From positions 5,580 to 69,579 of the forward strand of contig CAYJWM010000001.1 in assembly GCA_964373885.1 (NCBI GenBank): a stretch of DNA of 64,000 nt. Reading direction: 5' to 3'. Of the stretch, positions 27,537 through 37,897 are shown one piece after another. The position numbers were made by a program, and so were the translations under genes. Position 1 is the first letter of the stretch. Every line of letters begins with the position of its first letter. Source of the DNA: an uncultured bacterium (lineage in GTDB: Bacteria > Omnitrophota > Omnitrophia > Omnitrophales > Danuiimicrobiaceae). The notes below the pieces were generated by a model. It had not been told where the DNA came from. It was given only the letters and a program-made list of their open reading frames with translations, and made no database searches.

Positions 27537-28172
27537 TCAGCGGACAACGGGCCGGACAAAAGCACCCGGATAACGCCCGCTTGCCTGAAGACGCTTAAAC
27601 GTGCCTTGTGCTAAGTCCTTCTTTTCAAAGTAGTTGACGCAAACCTGAAAATAAAGTCCACTCGGGATCACAAAACCGCTGAAGCCCTGCGCGTTTAGCC
27701 GCTCAATTTCCTTCAGTGCCTGGGCCTCGCTGACATAGGTCACCAGCTGAATCGTGTAAGTTCCTGCTCTCGTTTGATCGACAAGGGGTAATGAAGACTC
27801 GTTCACAGGCGCTTCAGCTGCCGGCAATACCGGCTTTACGGATGTGCCGGCGGCGGTTTTAGGAGAAGCTGGGGGCGCTTCTTGGCTTGTCACCAATACT
27901 TCCTCATCCAGCGGGTCGGAAGATTGGCCGGAAAGGAATGGGCTCGACTGTTTTTCAGAAGGCAAATATGCCTCCATGCGTTTTTCCATCGCCCGCTTCC
28001 CTTTTTCCACACCAAAGGAATAGGTAAGCGCCAATCCAACCACAAGCCCGATGCATCCGATTAACACCTTATCAAGGGTGATCGAAATCTGATATTGCGC
28101 CAGAAAAGAACGCGGTTTCAATTCCGAAGACACTCCGATCTGCTCCTCACGAAATAACTCGCCTTGCACCAT
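27537..28172 (-). CDS. Membrane-anchored SPOR-domain protein (second copy)
   Basis: TM helix followed by a C-terminal SPOR-like block (YTIQLVTYVSEAQALKEIERLNAQGFSGFV...YFQVCVNYFEKKDLAQ). Confidence 0.7.
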   Translation of the reverse strand: MVQGELFREEQIGVSSELKPRSFLAQYQISITLDKVLIGCIGLVVGLALTYSFGVEKGKRAMEKRMEAYLPSEKQSSPFLSGQSSDPLDEEVLVTSQEAPPASPKTAAGTSVKPVLPAAEAPVNESSLPLVDQTRAGTYTIQLVTYVSEAQALKEIERLNAQGFSGFVIPSGLYFQVCVNYFEKKDLAQGTFKRLQASGRYPGAFVRPVVR

Positions 28173-28254
28173 GTGATATCTCCCGAGTACGCTATGACTA
28201 AAGGGGTCTTCTCTTTAAGAACGGCAATCAGCCAAAAAAATTTAATCGTTTAAT

Positions 28255-28899
28255 TTAATGCAACAAACTAAAACGAGTAAGCGGCCACCAGATCACAAAA
28301 GCCCTTCCCACCAGATTCTTGCTGGGTACAAAGCCCCAGTTGCGGCTGTCGCTTGAGTGGCCGCTGTTGTCTCCCAACACAAAAAACGAATGCTCAGGCA
28401 CTTTAATTTTCTGACCCTCTCTCCCATATTCCCAATCGTTGCGATTGGAATAATAATAGGTGGGAGCATCAACCAGCTGGTCCAAGCTTTTGCCGTCAAT
28501 GTAAACAGCCCCCCCTTTGATTTCGACTTCCTCACCGCCGAAGGCAATCAGGCGTTTCACAAAATCTTTTTTGGGATCGGCGGGATATTTAAACACAATG
28601 ATTTCCCCCCTTTCCGGCGGACGAAAACGGTAAGTGACTTTGTCCACGAAAATCCGGTCCCCTTCCAGAAGTGTGGGCCGCATGGAACCGGTCGGAATTT
28701 TGTACGGGCCCAGAATAAAGGAACGGATGACGATGGCAATCAGCGCCGCAATGAGAAAGGGCTCTCCCCATTCCCGCCACATCCGCTTGAACCAGGCCTT
28801 CCAATCGGAACGGGCTTCCTCCCATTCCGAAACAATACGCTCGCGGAAAAAAATCACAAGCGCCACACCCGCCAAAAGCATCACCATCCAAAATGACAT
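28255..28899 (-). CDS. lepB: Signal peptidase I
   Basis: Catalytic Ser box GSMRPTL and GDNSGHSSDSRNWGFVP. Start at the ATG at 28899. Confidence 0.9.
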   Translation of the reverse strand: MSFWMVMLLAGVALVIFFRERIVSEWEEARSDWKAWFKRMWREWGEPFLIAALIAIVIRSFILGPYKIPTGSMRPTLLEGDRIFVDKVTYRFRPPERGEIIVFKYPADPKKDFVKRLIAFGGEEVEIKGGAVYIDGKSLDQLVDAPTYYYSNRNDWEYGREGQKIKVPEHSFFVLGDNSGHSSDSRNWGFVPSKNLVGRAFVIWWPLTRFSLLH

Positions 28900-30680
28900 C
28901 AGTCCACCTTCAGCACGGAAATAAATGCTTCCTGAGGAATATCTATTTTCCCAATCCGTTTCATTTTCTTTTTCCCTTCTTTCTGTTTCTCCCAAAGCTT
29001 CCGCTTCCGCGTGATGTCTCCTCCGTAGCATTTCGCCGTCACGTTTTTCCCGAGCGGCCGCAGGGAGTCGCGCGCAATGATTTTGGAGCCGATGGCCGCT
29101 TGAATGACCACTTCAAACAACTGCCGCGGAATCACCTCTTTTAATTTTTCGACCAGCGCTTTGCCCCGCGTATATGCTTTTTCCCGCACCGTGATGAAGG
29201 ACAGGGCGTCCACCGGATTCCCATTGATCAAAATGTCCAATTTCGCCAGATCAGACCCTTGATATCCAATAAATTCATAATTCAACGAACCGTAGCCGCT
29301 TGTGATCGACTTTACTTTGTCGTAAAAATCGAGCACGATTTCGGCGAATGGGATTTTGTACGCAAGCATCACCCGTTCGGAATCGATGTACTCGGTACTC
29401 ACATAAATCCCGCGGCGGTCTTGGCACAATTTCATAATGGCCCCGAGCGAACTTACAGGGACCGATAATTTCGCGTCAATATACGGCTCTTCAAATGAAA
29501 CAACCTGGGTCGGATGAGGCAATTTCGCAGGGTTGTCCAAAAAAAGCTCGGTTTTGTCCGTTTTCACGATCCGGTACACGACATTCGGCGCCGTCACGAG
29601 AAGGGTGAGATCAAATTCGCGTTCCAGGCGCTCGCGAATAATATCCATGTGCAAAAGCCCGAGAAAGCCGGTGCGAAAACCGAATCCGAGCGAACTTGAA
29701 TTTTCCGGCTCATAAACAAAAGACGGGTCATTCAAACGAAGCTTTTGAAGCGCGTCGCGCAAAAGTTCATCATCGGCCGCATTCACCGGATAAAGACCGC
29801 AAAATACCATCGGTTTTACCGGTTCATATCCCGGAAGAGGCGATGGGGCCGGCCGCTCGGCTTGGGTGACGGTGTCCCCGACATGCACGTCAGGCACTTC
29901 CTTGATATTGGCGCACAAATAGCCGACTTCCCCCGCGCGAAGTTCCGCCGCCGCGAGCTCATACGGCGTAAATACGCCCAAATCCTCAAGCTCATAAATC
30001 CGCTCCGCCTGCATGAGTTTGATTTTATCGCCCTTGCGCACACACCCTTCCATGACACGCACATAGATCAACACACCACGGTACGAATCATATTTGGAAT
30101 CAAAAATAAGCGCTTTCAAAGGCGCCTGTGGGTCGCCTTTCGGAGGGGGAATTCTTTCGATGATGGCATCCATGATTTGGGAAACGCCCTCCCCTTCCTT
30201 AGCGCTTGAGGTCAATATTTGGTCCTCGGTGATGTGCAGCATGCGCGCCAGTTCCGTTTTGGTGCGCGGGATATTGGCATGCGCCAAATCCGTTTTGGTG
30301 ATCACGGGCACAATGGTCAAATCGCGCGCCCGTGCCAAATAATAATTACTGACGGTTTGCGCCTCGATGCCCTGTGAGGCGTCCACCAAAAGAAGCACGC
30401 CTTCGCAAGCGGCCAGACTTTTGGACACTTCGTAGGTAAAATCCACATGGCCCGGCGTATCGATCAGGTTCAAAAAATAACCCCGGTATTGAATCCGCAC
30501 GGCCCGGGCCTTGATCGTAATCCCCCGCTCCCGCTCCAGATCCATATCATCCAGAAATTGGGCGTGAAACTCCCGCATCTCAATGGCGCCCGTGTCCAAA
30601 AGAAAGCGGTCCGCGAGCGTGGATTTGCCGTGGTCGATATGGGCGATGATTGAAAAATTCCGAAGCCGGTTTTGATCCAT
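28899..30680 (-). CDS. lepA: Elongation factor 4 (LepA)
   Basis: IRNFSIIAHIDHGKSTLADR G-domain, 593 aa. Confidence 0.95.
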   Translation of the reverse strand: MDQNRLRNFSIIAHIDHGKSTLADRFLLDTGAIEMREFHAQFLDDMDLERERGITIKARAVRIQYRGYFLNLIDTPGHVDFTYEVSKSLAACEGVLLLVDASQGIEAQTVSNYYLARARDLTIVPVITKTDLAHANIPRTKTELARMLHITEDQILTSSAKEGEGVSQIMDAIIERIPPPKGDPQAPLKALIFDSKYDSYRGVLIYVRVMEGCVRKGDKIKLMQAERIYELEDLGVFTPYELAAAELRAGEVGYLCANIKEVPDVHVGDTVTQAERPAPSPLPGYEPVKPMVFCGLYPVNAADDELLRDALQKLRLNDPSFVYEPENSSSLGFGFRTGFLGLLHMDIIRERLEREFDLTLLVTAPNVVYRIVKTDKTELFLDNPAKLPHPTQVVSFEEPYIDAKLSVPVSSLGAIMKLCQDRRGIYVSTEYIDSERVMLAYKIPFAEIVLDFYDKVKSITSGYGSLNYEFIGYQGSDLAKLDILINGNPVDALSFITVREKAYTRGKALVEKLKEVIPRQLFEVVIQAAIGSKIIARDSLRPLGKNVTAKCYGGDITRKRKLWEKQKEGKKKMKRIGKIDIPQEAFISVLKVD

Positions 30681-30690
30681 GAAGGGGTGT

Positions 30691-31323
30691 TTAGGAAACC
30701 AAGGTTCTCAGCTCGCCGATGATTTTTTTTCGGTCTCGCTCCTTAAAAATGGCGGATCCGGCCACAAACACATCGGCACCGGCTAGGCGGGCTTCGCAAA
30801 TCGTTTTTGAATTAATGCCTCCGTCCACGGAAATAAGCCCTGAAAAGTTTTTTTTGAGAAAACGCACCTTCGCGAGCATTTCGGGCATAAACTTCTGTCC
30901 CCCAAAACCGGGCTCTACCGTCATCACAAGAATCAAATCCACAAGGCCCAAATACGGCGCCAGTTTGTTCACATCCGTTTTCGGCCTTAAAGATAAGCCC
31001 GCCTTTGCACCAAGGGGGTGGATGGCCGCAAGCGTTTTTTTGACGTTTTGACAGGCCTCCACATGAATGGTGATCCAATCGGCCCCGGCTTCCCTGAACT
31101 CTTTAAGCGCACGCATCGGCTCTTCAATCATCAAATGCACGTCCAGCGGCAGTTTCGTGACCTTACGAATCCACCGGATCACCGGCGGGCCGATGGTTAA
31201 ATTGGGGACGAAATGGCCGTCCATGACATCGACGTGTAGCCAGTCACAGCCGGCCTTCGTAACATCCTTGATTTCCTCACTGAGTCGCGTGAAATCGGCG
31301 GACAAAATGCTCGGGGCAATCAT
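30691..31323 (-). CDS. rpe: Ribulose-phosphate 3-epimerase
   Basis: MIAPSILSADF...HVDVMDGHFVPNLT. Confidence 0.9.
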   Translation of the reverse strand: MIAPSILSADFTRLSEEIKDVTKAGCDWLHVDVMDGHFVPNLTIGPPVIRWIRKVTKLPLDVHLMIEEPMRALKEFREAGADWITIHVEACQNVKKTLAAIHPLGAKAGLSLRPKTDVNKLAPYLGLVDLILVMTVEPGFGGQKFMPEMLAKVRFLKKNFSGLISVDGGINSKTICEARLAGADVFVAGSAIFKERDRKKIIGELRTLVS

Positions 31324-31337
31324 GGGGCTTCGGGGGC

Positions 31338-32612
31338 TCACGATAACGCGCACGCCTTTCTCATGTGACGCTCCGCATCAGATGTCAAAGGCCCGATCAA
31401 AGCCAGCCGGAGTTTTCCCCCGACAAAAAGTTTCTTGGCCAAAGTTTGAATGTCTTGACTGGTCACTTGTTCGACATCGGCGCGAATTTCCCGAACGCTC
31501 GGGATGTCACCGCCGTAGAGCACCCGTTCGCCGAACCAAAGGATATGGTCCAGCGTGTCCTCGAGTCCGAGAAGCAGCTGGCCCAGAAAATAATCCTTCG
31601 CCCTTCTTAACTCGTCTTCCGGCACCCGTTTTTCTTTCAGCCGCTCCAATTCGCGCACAATCACCGAGGTGGCCCGCCGGGCCTTCGCGGGTTCCGTTCC
31701 GGCGGAAATGGTGACGGCCCCGGTGTCCTCAAAAAAACTGAGCCCCGATTTAATTTCATACGCAAGCCCCCTTTTTTCCCTCACTTCCTCAAAAAGCCGG
31801 CTGCTCATATTGGCGCCCAAAATCACATTCAACAACGCGAGTTGATAGCGCGCCGGGTGTATGCGCGAAAGGCCCGGAAATCCAATCACGAAATGAGTCT
31901 GCTCCGTCTTTTTTTCCAATAAATGAAACTTGTTCTTGTTCACGGAAGAATCCGCCGGGCTGAATCTCGAAACCACTTTTCCATTTTTTCCGTTTTTAAA
32001 ATGCCGGCGGGTAAGCTCCACCACTTCGCCGTGTTCGAGCTCGCCGCAGGCGGTGATCAGCAAATTACGGGGGTGATAAAAATAGCGGAAATGGTCCATC
32101 AAGTCGGCCCGGCTCAAACTCGACACGGTCTCAAGCGTGCCCGCGATGGGACGTCCCAGCGGCTGCTGGGGCCAAAGCAGCTCGGTCATAAGCTCATGAA
32201 CATATTGGGCCGGCAAATCCAAATACATTTTGATTTCTTCCAAAATCACCGGCTTTTCCTTGGCGAATTCCTTTGCGGCCAGCGTCGACTCATTCACCAT
32301 ATCCTGAAGCACATCAAACGCCCGGACAAAATGTTCCTGCGGAATTTTGACAAAATAGCAGGTGCTCTCTTCTCCGGTAAACGCGTTAAAAAGCCCGCCC
32401 ACCCCCTCAATGTCCTGCTTGATCTGTTTGGCGGTCCGGTTCTTGGTCCCTTTGAACAGCATGTGCTCCAAAAAGTGCGAGGCGCCGGAACGCGATCTTT
32501 TTTCAAAACGGCTGCCGACCCGGGCCCAAAATGCAAGCCCGGCGGACTGGCGGCCGGTCATACGCTTGGTCACAATACGAATGCCGTTTTCCAGTGCCGA
32601 TTGCTCATACAT
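31338..32612 (-). CDS. M16-family zinc peptidase (insulinase-like)
   Basis: Inverted zinc motif HFLEHMLFKGT (HxxEH). Confidence 0.85.
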   Translation of the reverse strand: MYEQSALENGIRIVTKRMTGRQSAGLAFWARVGSRFEKRSRSGASHFLEHMLFKGTKNRTAKQIKQDIEGVGGLFNAFTGEESTCYFVKIPQEHFVRAFDVLQDMVNESTLAAKEFAKEKPVILEEIKMYLDLPAQYVHELMTELLWPQQPLGRPIAGTLETVSSLSRADLMDHFRYFYHPRNLLITACGELEHGEVVELTRRHFKNGKNGKVVSRFSPADSSVNKNKFHLLEKKTEQTHFVIGFPGLSRIHPARYQLALLNVILGANMSSRLFEEVREKRGLAYEIKSGLSFFEDTGAVTISAGTEPAKARRATSVIVRELERLKEKRVPEDELRRAKDYFLGQLLLGLEDTLDHILWFGERVLYGGDIPSVREIRADVEQVTSQDIQTLAKKLFVGGKLRLALIGPLTSDAERHMRKACALS

Positions 32613-33042
32613 CGGATTTTTTCCCTTCTGCGGTCTGTAAAAAATCAAGATAACTCTGAAGAATGATTTCAGCCGCGATGGCGTCCCGCTTCACCCTGCG
32701 TTTTGCGCGGCTTATGTCCTGAGCGATTAAGGCGCGCTCGGCCTGAGATGTCGTTAAACGCTCATCCCAGGTGATAATCGGACATGGGCAATGGCTTTTC
32801 AACCGGTCCACAAACAAAAGGACGGTTTCGGCTTGAGGGCCGATTTCCCCCTTCAGGGTTTTGGGAAGGCCCACCACGATTTTTTCAGCCGAAAAATCAC
32901 GGACGTATTTCTTCACCGCCTCAAACACATGCGCGTCACTTTTTCGCTCGATAAACCCAATCGAATGCGCCATTGAATTCAGCTCATCGCTTCGTGCCAC
33001 ACCGATTCGTTTTTCACCCATGTCCAATCCCAGCAAACTCAT
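32605..33042 (-). CDS. ruvX: Putative pre-16S rRNA nuclease / Holliday-junction-resolvase-like YqgF (RuvX)
   Basis: LLGLDMGEKRIGVARSD N-terminus, 145 aa. Confidence 0.85.
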   Translation of the reverse strand: MSLLGLDMGEKRIGVARSDELNSMAHSIGFIERKSDAHVFEAVKKYVRDFSAEKIVVGLPKTLKGEIGPQAETVLLFVDRLKSHCPCPIITWDERLTTSQAERALIAQDISRAKRRVKRDAIAAEIILQSYLDFLQTAEGKKSDV

Positions 33043-33049
33043 GGCGCTT

Positions 33050-33841
33050 TTAGCGCATCGCGCGGATCAAACGCGAAGCGAACCTGCCCACGCGGCGGGC
33101 AGCGTGATGTTTTTTTCCAAGCAGGTTCACAAACGCGCTTCCCACAATCACCCCATCCGCAAGCCGGCTGATCGCGCGCGCTTGAGACTGGCGAGACACG
33201 CCGAACCCGACCAAAACGGGTTTGGAGGTCACCCGCTTAAGCGTTCGCATATTTTTCGCCAAATCCCGAGCGAGCGAATCCCTTGCGCCCGTGACACCCC
33301 TCAGCGATACATAATAAACAAAACCGTCGGAATGGCCGGCGATACGGCGCATGCGGGCCTTTGTGCTTGTGGGCGCCGCCAAATAAACAAGCGAAAGGCC
33401 CTGTTTGCGAAACAAAACCTCCCAGCTTTTCCCTTCATCATAGGTCAGATCAGGAATAATGATTCCGTCAAAACCGCAAGCCCGAAGCTTGGAAGCGATT
33501 TTTTTTGCTCCAAATTGTAAAACCGGATTTAAATAGGAGAATAAAAGAACGGCCGGTTTAAACCCTTTTTTCCGAAGCGAGGCCGCCAGCACAAGCGCAT
33601 GCTCCATATGCACCCCGTTTTTCAATGCCCGTTCCGAAGCCATCTGAATGGTCGGTCCGTCGGCGAGCGGGTCGGAAAAAGGAAATCCCAATTCGATGAT
33701 GTCCGTGCCGGCCGACTCCAGAGCGCGCAGGGCCTCGCCCGTGGTCCTTAAATTCGGAAACCCGAGTGTGACATAAGCACAGAATATTTTTTTCTTCGTG
33801 CGCTTTGCCTCATTCAGTATCTTGGCCAACCGCCGGCTCAT
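33050..33841 (-). CDS. trpA: Tryptophan synthase alpha chain
   Basis: ELGFPFSDPLADGPTIQ motif. The ATGA overlap with the trpB stop at 33841 sets the start. Confidence 0.9.
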   Translation of the reverse strand: MSRRLAKILNEAKRTKKKIFCAYVTLGFPNLRTTGEALRALESAGTDIIELGFPFSDPLADGPTIQMASERALKNGVHMEHALVLAASLRKKGFKPAVLLFSYLNPVLQFGAKKIASKLRACGFDGIIIPDLTYDEGKSWEVLFRKQGLSLVYLAAPTSTKARMRRIAGHSDGFVYYVSLRGVTGARDSLARDLAKNMRTLKRVTSKPVLVGFGVSRQSQARAISRLADGVIVGSAFVNLLGKKHHAARRVGRFASRLIRAMR

Positions 33842-35061
33842 CAACGCATTCTCCCGCGCACGGTATCCAAATCTTTGTCCCCGCGGCCCGAAAGACAAAT
33901 CACAATCACCTCGCCCGCACGGAATTTTCGCGCCGCTTTCGCCAAATACCCGATCACATGCGCCGGCTCAAGCGCCGGCATAATTCCCTCCAGCTTTGTC
34001 AATAAATTAAATCCGTGAAGCGCGTCATGGTCGGTGGCCGTCTCATACCTGACGCGGCCTTTTTCATGAAGATAAGCATGTTCCGGCCCCACGGAAGGAT
34101 AATCCAAGCCGGCGGAAATAGAATGTGCCAGTTGAATTTGACCTTCCTTCGTTTGAAGCACCAGACTTTTCATGCCGTGTAAAACACCTACGGAACCTTT
34201 GGTAATGGAAGCCGCATGACGGCGCGTGTTCAGGCCCTCCCCCGCTGCTTCCACGCCGATCAGTTTCACACGCTGCTTTAAAAACGGATAAAAAAACCCG
34301 ATGGAATTGCTCCCTCCGCCCACGCAGGCAATGAGCGTATTCGGCAGCCGATGGAGCGCTTTTTTGATTTGCCGGAAGGTTTCAAATCCGATCACGGACT
34401 GAAAGTCACGCACCATCATCGGATAAGGGTGCGGGCCGACCGCCGAACCCAGGAGATAATGGGTGTGTTCCACATTCGTCACCCAATCGCGTATCGCCTC
34501 ATTGGTCGCGTCTTTCAAGGTTTTGGAACCCGAAAAAACAGGGATCACGCGGGCGCCCAAAAGCTTCATTTTATAAACGTTAAGCGCCTGTCTTTTAATG
34601 TCTTCGGCACCCATGTACACGTCACAGGAAAGGCCGAACAGTCGCGCGGCCGTGGCGCTTGCCACGCCGTGCTGGCCGGCCCCCGTCTCGGCCACAATTC
34701 TTTTTTTGCCGAGATGTTTGGCCAAAAGCCCCTGCCCGATCGTGTTGTTGATTTTATGAGCCCCTGTGTGGCACAAATCCTCGCGCTTTAAAAAAACCCG
34801 TAACTTACGGCCTAAATAACCGCTGAAATTCTCCGCTTCATAAAGCGGGGTGGGCCTTCCGGCATAAGTGCTCAAATAATGCTTCAGGGTCTTTTTGAAT
34901 TTAGGGTCGCGCTTTATTTTTTGATACTCGCGCACCAGTTCGTCCAGCGCCCGGATCAAGGTCTCGGGCACAAAACGCCCCCCGTAGGCGCCGAAATGCC
35001 CATGCCGGTCCGGTAATGATTGGGAGGGGAAACGATTGCGTTTTGAAGTCATTCGATTCAA
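33841..35061 (-). CDS. trpB: Tryptophan synthase beta chain
   Basis: PLP-site block HTGAHKINN and GGGSNAIG-like motif (GGGSNSIG). Confidence 0.95.
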   Translation of the reverse strand: MNRMTSKRNRFPSQSLPDRHGHFGAYGGRFVPETLIRALDELVREYQKIKRDPKFKKTLKHYLSTYAGRPTPLYEAENFSGYLGRKLRVFLKREDLCHTGAHKINNTIGQGLLAKHLGKKRIVAETGAGQHGVASATAARLFGLSCDVYMGAEDIKRQALNVYKMKLLGARVIPVFSGSKTLKDATNEAIRDWVTNVEHTHYLLGSAVGPHPYPMMVRDFQSVIGFETFRQIKKALHRLPNTLIACVGGGSNSIGFFYPFLKQRVKLIGVEAAGEGLNTRRHAASITKGSVGVLHGMKSLVLQTKEGQIQLAHSISAGLDYPSVGPEHAYLHEKGRVRYETATDHDALHGFNLLTKLEGIMPALEPAHVIGYLAKAARKFRAGEVIVICLSGRGDKDLDTVRGRMR

Positions 35062-35810
35062 ATGGGGCTCACTTGAGCGTTTGACACCCAGCCGCTGCGT
35101 CCATCCGCCAGTTCAATCCGATACCAATTTTCCCGTTCGTCGCGAATCACGACCTTCAATCCTTCGGCCAGACGAAACGCCAGCCGGTCGCTCTGAGAAG
35201 GACCGTAGCGCACCTCGGCTTTTTGGCCGGTGACCACAGCTTTTGAATGTAAACCCAATGCGCTCAACTTTAAAAAAAGCGGCACAAAACACAAAAGAAC
35301 AAGACAAAAAGCCAGGGCGCCCCCCGTTCCGAACAATGGTTTCTTCCGGCTCAAAATCGCGAGCAAAAACCCTGAGATAAAAATAAAATAAGCGCTCAGA
35401 GCAATCAACCGGCATTCTTCGGACGTCACATATTCCAAAAGGGCGCTTGCGGTTCTCAAATACCAATTGCGCTTGTCCGCCACCTTGTATTCCAGAAGCC
35501 GGTTCATATATGAAAGATTGGCCAGAATGTCCCGGTCGCGCGGCGTGAGGTTCCGGGCGCGCTCATAATTTAAAATCGCGAGGCCTATTTTTTTATCTTT
35601 GAAATAAGCATTCGCCAAATTGTAATAAACCTCAGGGGATGGGGTCACCTTCAAAATGGCCTCATACGCTTTCGCGGCTTCCGAATACTTTCCGTCCTGA
35701 TAAAGCGCGTTCGCCTCCTGAAACGACGGCCCCGCAAAACCTGAAGGCGAAAAACCGAAAAACACAAGCAGCCCCATAAAAAACAAGGTGCTTCTCATGA
35801 CATTTGTCAT
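35058..35810 (-). CDS. TPR-repeat / SH3-like domain membrane protein (BatE-like)
   Basis: Signal peptide, TPR-like repeats ([34 protein letters not shown]), a TM segment, and a C-terminal SH3b-like block ([16 protein letters not shown]). Confidence 0.55.
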   Translation of the reverse strand: MTNVMRSTLFFMGLLVFFGFSPSGFAGPSFQEANALYQDGKYSEAAKAYEAILKVTPSPEVYYNLANAYFKDKKIGLAILNYERARNLTPRDRDILANLSYMNRLLEYKVADKRNWYLRTASALLEYVTSEECRLIALSAYFIFISGFLLAILSRKKPLFGTGGALAFCLVLLCFVPLFLKLSALGLHSKAVVTGQKAEVRYGPSQSDRLAFRLAEGLKVVIRDERENWYRIELADGRSGWVSNAQVSPI

Positions 35811-37831
35811 AACCGCTCCAGCGTGTCGACGATTTCGCGTATGCTTTGAATCATCCGGCTTGGTTCGAACCCGGCCGCGCTCATGCGGCCGAAGCGCACC
35901 TCGTCACAGACCTCAAAACACTCGCGTATTTTTTGTACCACTTCCGGCGTCACGTTCCGTCTCGCCAATTCTTCTTCAATCATGTATTGCGTCAACCCAT
36001 GCGGAGACAGATTTAATTTATCCGCCAAATACTGATTTAAAATTTTCGCGCTTTCCTCAAAAAAGGCCTCTGTTTTTCTGGAATCTCCCGAGGCCGATTG
36101 GGTCATTCGATGCAGGCGCTTCAAACCCTCACCGACCGTTTTTCGAGCAAACAGAGCCCGTTTGACGGGAATATTCTGATCTAAGAATTCACGCCGTTTG
36201 CGCTGAAGGGCTGCGGCGACCGCAAAAAGTGTCAACACGCCATCGCCTACGGCCAGCCAAAACACAACCCGCGGCAATAGGGGGGGCATGGTCCGTACCT
36301 TTTCCTTGATGTATTGAATGTCTTCTGACTCCAGACGGATTTCTTTTTTTCTCGCCGCTGAATCACGCGGGGCGAAATCCGTCGGCAATTGGGGCGCCGG
36401 TTCGGAAGACGGCTCCACTTTGATTTTGTAGGGCTCCGATTTCAAAATGACATATTGTTCCAGCTTCGGATTAAAAAAACTGAACGCGAGCGGCGGAATG
36501 GTTAGCTCCCCGGCTTCCTGAGGGATGATAATCATCTCAATGGTCTTCCGGCCTGCCACCCGGTCCTTCTGGCTGAACGGTTCCGTTTTGGTGTCTGACG
36601 GATAGGACTTGGTTCCCGGAATTTCCGGCAGCTTGGGCGGCGCGAGCGTTTCGATATTGCCCTCGCCTTCGATGGTCATTTTCAGCGTCACCGCTTCATT
36701 TTGTTTGACCACCCGCTTGTCAAGCGAAGTCGCCATGCGAAAATCCCCGACGGCGCCTTCGAAATCCGCCGGCTTTCCCGCTTCAGGGAGCGGCTTCACT
36801 TGGATGTTAACGGGCGGTGCGGTCAGCTTCCGCTCCACCCTCCGGGCAAAAAGGCCTCCGCCCGAAAAAAAGCTGTCGTTAAAAAATTCGTCAAAAAGTG
36901 ACGAGCTGGGCTCTTCGATTTGAACCGAGGTCTTGATCACGCCCGGTCTGATCGTGTACTCGCCGGGAGCCGTCGGAAAAAGGGCAAGTTTTTTGATGTC
37001 GGCGCGTACATATTTTTTTCCGTTCACCACCTCCGTGTCGCGGCCGATATCCCGTTCCATCGGAAATTCTTCAATCCAAAAGCCGCTGGTTTCCGGTTCC
37101 TCGTCAAAACCCTCATACCTTGTATCGTAACGGGTCAGAAGCGAATAAATCAAAATCAACTGCTCATTCGTGTACACGGACAATTTGTTGGGCCTCACCC
37201 GCAGGAAAATATTGCCGTCTGAGTCAGCACCAGTCTGGAACGGAACCGGCCGGGAAGTGGCACCGGCATGAGGGGATTGCTGAGGCACAACAGGGGCCGG
37301 AGCGCGCGGCGGTGCCGGCGGCATTCCGGTTTGAGAAACAGGCGCCCGCGTACTCGGAACCAGCGAGGCGCCGCCATTTTCAATTTTAATTTCCAGCTGA
37401 TCGGTTTTATAAACTTGATTGTCAATCGTGATTTCAATCGGCCGCAAAATAAACGTCCCCACAGACTTCGGAATCAACACATAATTAAACTCCGTCATGG
37501 ACTCGGTGCGGCCGTTCACAAAACTAAAATGCGAGGCCCGTCCGGAATAGAAAATGTCAAAAGCTTCCAATTTCGGAAGATGAGGGGCCGGCAGAGCCCC
37601 GCGCACGCCGACCACTTTGATGTTTAAATGGATCTCATCATTTAAACGGGCGGTCGATTTATCGACAGACGCTTTAAGCTGCGGTTCGTCAGCCGCAACC
37701 GCTAATTCGCCTGAAAGAAAAAACGCTGTCGCAATAAAAAAGATTAAAAGACGGTTTTTTTGGGTCATACACAATTTTCCGAAATCTATTGCCTGCCTTG
37801 AGTTAGAGAAATTCTTTAGCACACTCCGCAA
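35807..37831 (-). CDS. BatD-like protein (aerotolerance-operon BatD family)
   Basis: 674 aa with a signal peptide, a large beta-rich ectodomain and a C-terminal TM helix near residue 520 (WLAVGDGVLTLFAVAAAL). The architecture and its adjacency to the TPR/SH3 gene match Bat operons. Confidence 0.6.
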   Translation of the reverse strand: MRSVLKNFSNSRQAIDFGKLCMTQKNRLLIFFIATAFFLSGELAVAADEPQLKASVDKSTARLNDEIHLNIKVVGVRGALPAPHLPKLEAFDIFYSGRASHFSFVNGRTESMTEFNYVLIPKSVGTFILRPIEITIDNQVYKTDQLEIKIENGGASLVPSTRAPVSQTGMPPAPPRAPAPVVPQQSPHAGATSRPVPFQTGADSDGNIFLRVRPNKLSVYTNEQLILIYSLLTRYDTRYEGFDEEPETSGFWIEEFPMERDIGRDTEVVNGKKYVRADIKKLALFPTAPGEYTIRPGVIKTSVQIEEPSSSLFDEFFNDSFFSGGGLFARRVERKLTAPPVNIQVKPLPEAGKPADFEGAVGDFRMATSLDKRVVKQNEAVTLKMTIEGEGNIETLAPPKLPEIPGTKSYPSDTKTEPFSQKDRVAGRKTIEMIIIPQEAGELTIPPLAFSFFNPKLEQYVILKSEPYKIKVEPSSEPAPQLPTDFAPRDSAARKKEIRLESEDIQYIKEKVRTMPPLLPRVVFWLAVGDGVLTLFAVAAALQRKRREFLDQNIPVKRALFARKTVGEGLKRLHRMTQSASGDSRKTEAFFEESAKILNQYLADKLNLSPHGLTQYMIEEELARRNVTPEVVQKIRECFEVCDEVRFGRMSAAGFEPSRMIQSIREIVDTLERL

Positions 37832-37897
37832 ACGGGGAACAAACGGAATTCTACTGGAAGCGGAGGATTAAGTCAATAAATGGGGAGTTTTAAACTG

